This document shows, piece by piece, positions 59,561 through 64,000 of a stretch of DNA of 64,000 bases. Source of the DNA: an uncultured Verrucomicrobiota bacterium. Its GTDB lineage: Bacteria > Verrucomicrobiota > Verrucomicrobiia > Limisphaerales > UBA9464. The stretch spans positions 204,604-268,603 of the forward strand of contig CAJAHH010000010.1 of assembly GCA_903939515.1 (NCBI GenBank). Reading direction: 5' to 3'. Position 1 is the first letter of the stretch; each line of letters begins with the position of its first letter. Below the pieces are notes generated by a model. That model worked only from the letters and a program-made list of their open reading frames with translations, made no database searches and was not told where the DNA came from. The position numbers and the translations under genes were made by a program.

Positions 59561-59675
59561 ACCGGGCCGGAGCAAGCATTGGAAGCGATCACCAAAAACC
59601 CTCGCGCACAGCGCGAAAGCAACGCCCTCCCCCGAGCTTCCCTGCGCGCGCAGGCCCGTTCCCGCGGCCCCTCAC
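59561..59675. repeat. single dispersed copy of the core of the 10028-10525 tandem-repeat element
   Basis: The landmarks are collinear. They are agcattgga (59575), hairpin tcgcgc-aca-gcgcga (59602-59616), palindrome cctgcgcgcgcagg (59641-59654) and caggccc...cccgc. They occur in the same order, with similar spacing (73 vs 77 nt), as at 10192-10278. Confidence 0.75.
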
Positions 59676-59746
59676 CCAGACACATGCCAAAAAAATTCAC
59701 GTTTCCAGCGAGTCCAGAGTTCCCCAACGTCGATCACATCAAGCCC

Positions 59747-60271
59747 ATGACCTTCCCGCTGTTGAGCAGGATCCACCGAGGTGCCCACCGTGGCAGCATC
59801 CGAGCCTGCAAAATTGTGGTCTTACTCAGCCTACTGACCGCGGGCTGCGATCCATCTGGCAGTACAAAAACACTCGCTCCCCAGAGCCCGACAACCCAAG
59901 CCGCGGCAGACCCATCAACCGCGCTCATTTTGGCGGCCGTCGACAACGGATTCCACCGCGTGCCCATTGCACTGACCACCGACTATGGGTTCTTGGTGGT
60001 CAATGCCGGGGACGACGAACATCCCATCCCTTCAGTCTCCGTGGGGTTCCGGTCGGAGCGGCGCATCATCTCGTGTGATTCACTCGCCGAATTCGAAGCC
60101 GCTCTCCGCACAGTTCCTCCAGGGAGCACGATTCACCGCCATGAGCGATGCCTCATGCCCGCCTCGCGAGGCCTCGCCGAAGAGTTCCTCGCTGGCATCG
60201 AGCCAACGTTGTCACGGGTCAGCATCACCGTCGCCCCGGAACCCGTGATCACCTGCCTCTGCGGGCGCTGA
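59747..60271 (+). CDS. hypothetical lipoprotein
   Basis: MTFPLLSRIHRGAHRGSIRACKIVVLLSLLTAGC carries a lipobox. No other motif was recognised. The track start (TTG 59579) lies inside the repeat element and is rejected. Confidence 0.5.
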   Translation: MTFPLLSRIHRGAHRGSIRACKIVVLLSLLTAGCDPSGSTKTLAPQSPTTQAAADPSTALILAAVDNGFHRVPIALTTDYGFLVVNAGDDEHPIPSVSVGFRSERRIISCDSLAEFEAALRTVPPGSTIHRHERCLMPASRGLAEEFLAGIEPTLSRVSITVAPEPVITCLCGR

Positions 60272-60368
60272 CACCGCTCGAGGTTCGACGGCGGCCAAAC
60301 GATGCAGATGCAGGCCACCTGACCAATTCCCACTGGCTGAGCCCCGAGGTCCACGGCAGTGTTCCTGT

Positions 60369-61775
60369 ATGCCCCTCGCCCCGTGTCCCCATTGCACTGA
60401 GCGCCCCATTAAGCGGATTCAACCACGCAGCATTGGGTTCGGTTCAATTTGGCAGAACCTCCGGGCCACGGTCTCCACGTTCCTCCTTTTTAGCGGGCTC
60501 CTGTCCGCCATCTTCGAGGCTTCGGCCTCTCCCGCTCCGAAGCGACCCAACATCCTGCTCATTGTTTCCGACGACCAGGCCTGGACGGACTACGGCTTCA
60601 TGGGGCATCCCACGATCCGCACACCCCACCTCGACCGTCTAGCGGCCCGTTCGCTGTGCTTCACGCGCGGGTATGTTCCGTCGAGTCTCTGCTGCCCCAG
60701 CCTCGCCTCGCTCATCACCGGCCGATACCCGCACCAGCATGGCGTCGTCTGCAACGATCCTGCCAGACCGCCCGGCCAGCCTTCGGCGAACTTCTACCGC
60801 AGCGACGCCTACCGGGCCGGGCGCGAGCGACTGTCCTCATTCCTCGAACAAACTCCTACCTTGCCCCGACTCCTCCGCGACCAGGGGTACCTGAGCTTCC
60901 AGAGTGGTAAGTGGTGGCAGAACGACTATTCGCGAGGCGGCTTCACCCACGGAATGACCCGAGGCGACCGGCATGGAGACGCTGGGCTGGAGATAGGCCG
61001 GGTCACGATGAAGCCCATCGAAGACTTCGTGACCCTCGCCGAACAGGAGAACCGACCGTGGATGGTCTGGTACGCCCCCATGATGCCGCACGACCCGCAC
61101 ACGCCCCCGGAGCGGTTTTTGGCCCGGCACCGCGGGACTGCTCCGACGCTGCCCATCGCAAACTACCGGGGCATGGTCGAGTGGTTCGACGACACTTGCG
61201 GCCAACTCTTGGATTTCTTGGAGAAGCGGGGCTCGGCTGAGCACACCCTGGTCGTCTTCGTCACCGACAATGGATGGATCACCGATCCCCAAACCGGACG
61301 CTTTGCCCCTCGCTCCAAGCAAAGCCCCTACGACGGCGGACTGCGCACCCCCATCCTCATCGGGTGGCCGGGTCGCGTGAAACCCCAGCGCGATGAAACT
61401 CACGCCGTGTCGAGCCTCGACTTAATGCCGACACTCCTGCGGGCCGCCGGCGTGAAGCCTCCTCACACCTTGTCAGGCATCGATTTGCTCGACCCCAAGG
61501 CCGTGCGCCGCAGGACCTCCGTGTCGGGCGAGTGCTTCACTCACGACGCGGTAGACCTCGACCACCCGGAGTCAGGACTGCGCTGGCGTTGGATCGTGCG
61601 CGACGGTTGGAAGCTCATCCTACCCACCCCATGGAACGAACCTACCGCGAAGCCTGAGCTGTACCGGATCGTTGAGGACCCCTTCGAACAGTCGGACATC
61701 GTCGCCCTGCATCCGCTCCAAGTCAGCCGCCTGCGCCGCGAACTCGAAAAGGACTGGAAGCCCGTCTGGCCCTGA
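60369..61775 (+). CDS. sulfatase-family protein with a non-canonical formylglycine motif
   Basis: Signal peptide, ILLIVSDDQ, then CCPSLASLITGRYPHQHG where canonical enzymes have C-x-P-x-R. The rest of the sulfatase fold motifs are present (VVFVTDNG, GGLRTP). Confidence 0.8.
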   Translation: MPLAPCPHCTERPIKRIQPRSIGFGSIWQNLRATVSTFLLFSGLLSAIFEASASPAPKRPNILLIVSDDQAWTDYGFMGHPTIRTPHLDRLAARSLCFTRGYVPSSLCCPSLASLITGRYPHQHGVVCNDPARPPGQPSANFYRSDAYRAGRERLSSFLEQTPTLPRLLRDQGYLSFQSGKWWQNDYSRGGFTHGMTRGDRHGDAGLEIGRVTMKPIEDFVTLAEQENRPWMVWYAPMMPHDPHTPPERFLARHRGTAPTLPIANYRGMVEWFDDTCGQLLDFLEKRGSAEHTLVVFVTDNGWITDPQTGRFAPRSKQSPYDGGLRTPILIGWPGRVKPQRDETHAVSSLDLMPTLLRAAGVKPPHTLSGIDLLDPKAVRRRTSVSGECFTHDAVDLDHPESGLRWRWIVRDGWKLILPTPWNEPTAKPELYRIVEDPFEQSDIVALHPLQVSRLRRELEKDWKPVWP

Positions 61776-61806
61776 GCCCGAGAGAGCCCGTTGGCATCCC
61801 GGGACT

Positions 61807-62805
61807 TCAAACTTTGCCGTCACGAATGTGCACCCAGCAATGCACATGGGGATCCCCCCGGAAGTACCAGAGCATGTTGGGCCCCTCGATTTGCCAAACA
61901 TCCCAGACCCCGTCCTTACCGAGGTCCTGGCCCTTGAAATAGGCCAGGTGCAAGTTTTCGAGCCCCTGCGAATCCACCAATCGCAGCGATTCGTCGGCAT
62001 CCACACGGCGGAAGGGAGCCAGCAAATCCCTCAGTACCTTGCGCATCAGACCCCGCTGGTCCGGGCTCAACTCCGAGCCAGGGAGGCCGATGAGGCCCTC
62101 ACGACGGCCACTCAAGCGGACCGTTTCGGTTGCTCGCTCTGGCCGGCTACGCCCCTCGACGAGGGCGTGAGTCCGTTGTCGACCATCGAGGGCCTGAAAC
62201 AATTCATTGGCCCGTTTGGCCTGGTACCAAAACACATTGCCCGGATGGTCGGCCGCTTCCTCGTCGTTCGGACCCGACTGATGGCCGTAGAAGATGGGCC
62301 CGCCAAAGGCAGTCCCGGCCACCGAGTCGCCATCGCAGCGACGCGTGCAGTGACGCCCAGTGAGCACCAGCTCGAAGGCCCCGCTCCCAGGACGGCCGAA
62401 CAGCGCCACAGAGGTACCGCGCTCGAAGCCCTTGCCCTCGGAGTCTTCGACCATCTGGCGCATCATGGCCTCGGCGTGATCTGGGTGATGCAGCTTGCGA
62501 AAAATCTGACGCACTAGGTCCTGCTGGTCCGGACGCAAGACATCCTGAATCGATCGGCCGGTGATCATCCAGTTATTGTCGACCTTCTGCCGCAGTGGGT
62601 CGTTGAACTCGCGGCAGATCACCCGTTGCTGGGCCTCGTCGAGGGATCCGTGCAACTGAGATGCGAGGGTCTCGGAGGTCGCGGACGACGGGGACTGGCC
62701 TAGGAGCCCCAACGGGATTGCGGCGGCGGTCGATGCTAGGAAACTTCGGCGATTTAGAAAACGCACGGGCCGAGACACCTCAGGCTGAAAAGGAGACGGG
62801 GGCAT
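61807..62805 (-). CDS. Tat-exported protein, DUF3500-like (from memory, unverified)
   Basis: The twin-arginine leader is FLNRRSFLASTAAAIPLGLLG. Conserved-looking segments are LTGRHCTRRCDG, GPIFYGHQ and HVHCWVHIRD. The ATG at 62803-62805 was verified; 62865 is the alternative. Confidence 0.7.
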   Translation of the reverse strand: MPPSPFQPEVSRPVRFLNRRSFLASTAAAIPLGLLGQSPSSATSETLASQLHGSLDEAQQRVICREFNDPLRQKVDNNWMITGRSIQDVLRPDQQDLVRQIFRKLHHPDHAEAMMRQMVEDSEGKGFERGTSVALFGRPGSGAFELVLTGRHCTRRCDGDSVAGTAFGGPIFYGHQSGPNDEEAADHPGNVFWYQAKRANELFQALDGRQRTHALVEGRSRPERATETVRLSGRREGLIGLPGSELSPDQRGLMRKVLRDLLAPFRRVDADESLRLVDSQGLENLHLAYFKGQDLGKDGVWDVWQIEGPNMLWYFRGDPHVHCWVHIRDGKV

Positions 62806-62984
62806 GGGGAAGTTTGCCCATAAGCCGAAGAAGTACGCCAGCCTCCCCTTCAAGCTGCGCATCATTAGTGTTCAGCAAGACGCCCCGAGGATCGCGACAG
62901 CAACGGGCTGGCCCGTCAGAAAGCCCCGAACTCCATCGCGCCACGTGGATAGGCTCGGAGTGAACTCTTGTCCAGAGGTGTCAG

Positions 62985-63797
62985 TTGCTGCACGTTGCGA
63001 CGCTTTCCGTGGATCTTAATTTACCCAACGCCATCGCAGGACTGCTGGTCGGCATCGTCGTCGGCGCCACCGGAGTCGGAGGGGGCGCCCTCATGACGCC
63101 GTTGCTAGTTCTGGTGTTTGGCGTGGCCCCGCAAACGGCGGTGGGCACCGATCTCCTTTTCGCCGCGCTAACCAAGATTTTTGGAACGGCCGTCCATCAT
63201 CGTCAGGGCACAGTGGACTGGCCGGTGGTCCGGCGCCTGGCCCTGGGCAGTCTTCCCGCTGCCGCCGGAACCCTGGCCTGGATGACGCTGACAGCGACCG
63301 CGCAGGTGCGAGGTGGATTCTTAATACGGGCAGTAGCGATCGCCCTGCTCATCACGGCCGTCGGCATCTTGTCCAAGGACTGGATCCAGCGAATGGGAAG
63401 CAAGGGATCCTCGGGCGTGATGGAACTCTTAGGACGTTCCCAAGCCGTCCTAACAACCCTAGCTGGGGTGATCTTAGGAATCTTGGTGACCTTAACCTCC
63501 ATCGGGGCCGGCGCGCTCGGCACTGTGATGCTGGTGTACCTCTACCCGGTGCGCCTAACACCGAGCCGTTTAGTGGGCACCGACCTGGCTCACGCGATCC
63601 CGCTGACCATCATCGCCGGCACCGGACATCTCATGATGGGCAACGTGAACCCCACCCTACTCTGCAACCTGCTGCTGGGGTCCATCCCTGGGGTGCTGCT
63701 GGGTTCCTGGGTTAGCACCCGTGCCCCCATGCAGTGGGTGCGTGTCGGTCTGGCAGTCATTCTCGCCGTCGTGGCGGTGAAAATGCTGACGACCTGA
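62985..63797 (+). CDS. TauE/SafE-family (DUF81) anion exporter membrane protein
   Basis: About 8 TM helices with duplicated GxGGG-type motifs: GATGVGGGALMTPLLV and TSIGAGALGTVML. TTG track start; the true start is uncertain. Confidence 0.8.
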   Translation: MLHVATLSVDLNLPNAIAGLLVGIVVGATGVGGGALMTPLLVLVFGVAPQTAVGTDLLFAALTKIFGTAVHHRQGTVDWPVVRRLALGSLPAAAGTLAWMTLTATAQVRGGFLIRAVAIALLITAVGILSKDWIQRMGSKGSSGVMELLGRSQAVLTTLAGVILGILVTLTSIGAGALGTVMLVYLYPVRLTPSRLVGTDLAHAIPLTIIAGTGHLMMGNVNPTLLCNLLLGSIPGVLLGSWVSTRAPMQWVRVGLAVILAVVAVKMLTT

Positions 63798-63841
63798 GGT
63801 GGTCCACTGGAGATCCAGGGCTCGGACAGCAAGGTCGGTAC

Positions 63842-64000
63842 TTAGGGTGCTTCAAACTCCACATACCGACTTTCTCCTGGCGACATCTCGATCTCGATGC
63901 GCTCAGCGGGCTCCCAAGTTTGACCCGTCTGCCAATCACGGGCCTTGGCGGTGCCGAATCGGGGCGTCAGACGAACCTTGGCGACCCTTTCAGGGAACAC
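63842..64000 (-). CDS. 3' end of a gene running off the window (C-terminal beta-sandwich-like tail)
   Basis: My own translation of the minus strand gives VFPERVAKVRLTPRFGTAKARDWQTGQTWEPAERIEIEMSPGESRYVEFEAP, then TAA at 63842-63844. The frame is open to the window edge. It is not in the ORF track because no start lies within the window. Confidence 0.5.
   Translation of the reverse strand: MFPERVAKVRLTPRFGTAKARDWQTGQTWEPAERIEIEMSPGESRYVEFEAP

Overview
This is a densely coding, high-GC bacterial chromosomal segment, roughly 60% G+C judged by eye. The gene repertoire points to the PVC superphylum, most likely Verrucomicrobiota; this is inference from gene families only. Those families are a PSCyt/DUF1553 + DUF1501 pair, a PVC-type haem-binding CxxCH protein, an H-X9-DG prepilin-like protein, a PEP-CTERM protein and several sulfatases. 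CDS coordinates include the stop codon, as in the ORF track. Starts were re-chosen where an internal ATG/GTG fits the protein family or gives a 4-nt overlap with the upstream stop. Housekeeping genes are maf, mutM, fabG-acpP-fabF, mobA, argG, serS, aceE and rsuA, plus a tolQ-tolR-tolA-tolB-pal cluster. The rest are envelope and polysaccharide-degradation genes. They include two sulfatases, a CE15-like esterase, SGNH hydrolases, alkaline phosphatase, an OPT transporter, a DsbD-like reductase and a large FtsX permease. I recognised no rRNA, tRNA, CRISPR array, transposase, integrase or phage gene. Five observations stand out. (1) A structured non-coding element of about 110 nt is tandemly amplified (about 215-bp units, 2.3 copies) upstream of one cytochrome-c-domain gene. 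It recurs as a single copy upstream of a second such gene about 49 kb away. (2) An ABC/HlyD/TolC type-I-secretion-like operon has an ABC nucleotide-binding domain degenerate in Walker A, the signature motif and the H-loop. (3) A membrane-anchored protein with three double zinc-ribbon repeats (24 Cys) is translationally wedged between tolQ and tolR. (4) An in-frame TAG splits the middle gene of a tightly coupled three-gene operon. (5) An AT-rich island of about 265 bp lies upstream of an orphan gene and serS. All functional calls come from motif recognition by eye and none has been checked against a database.
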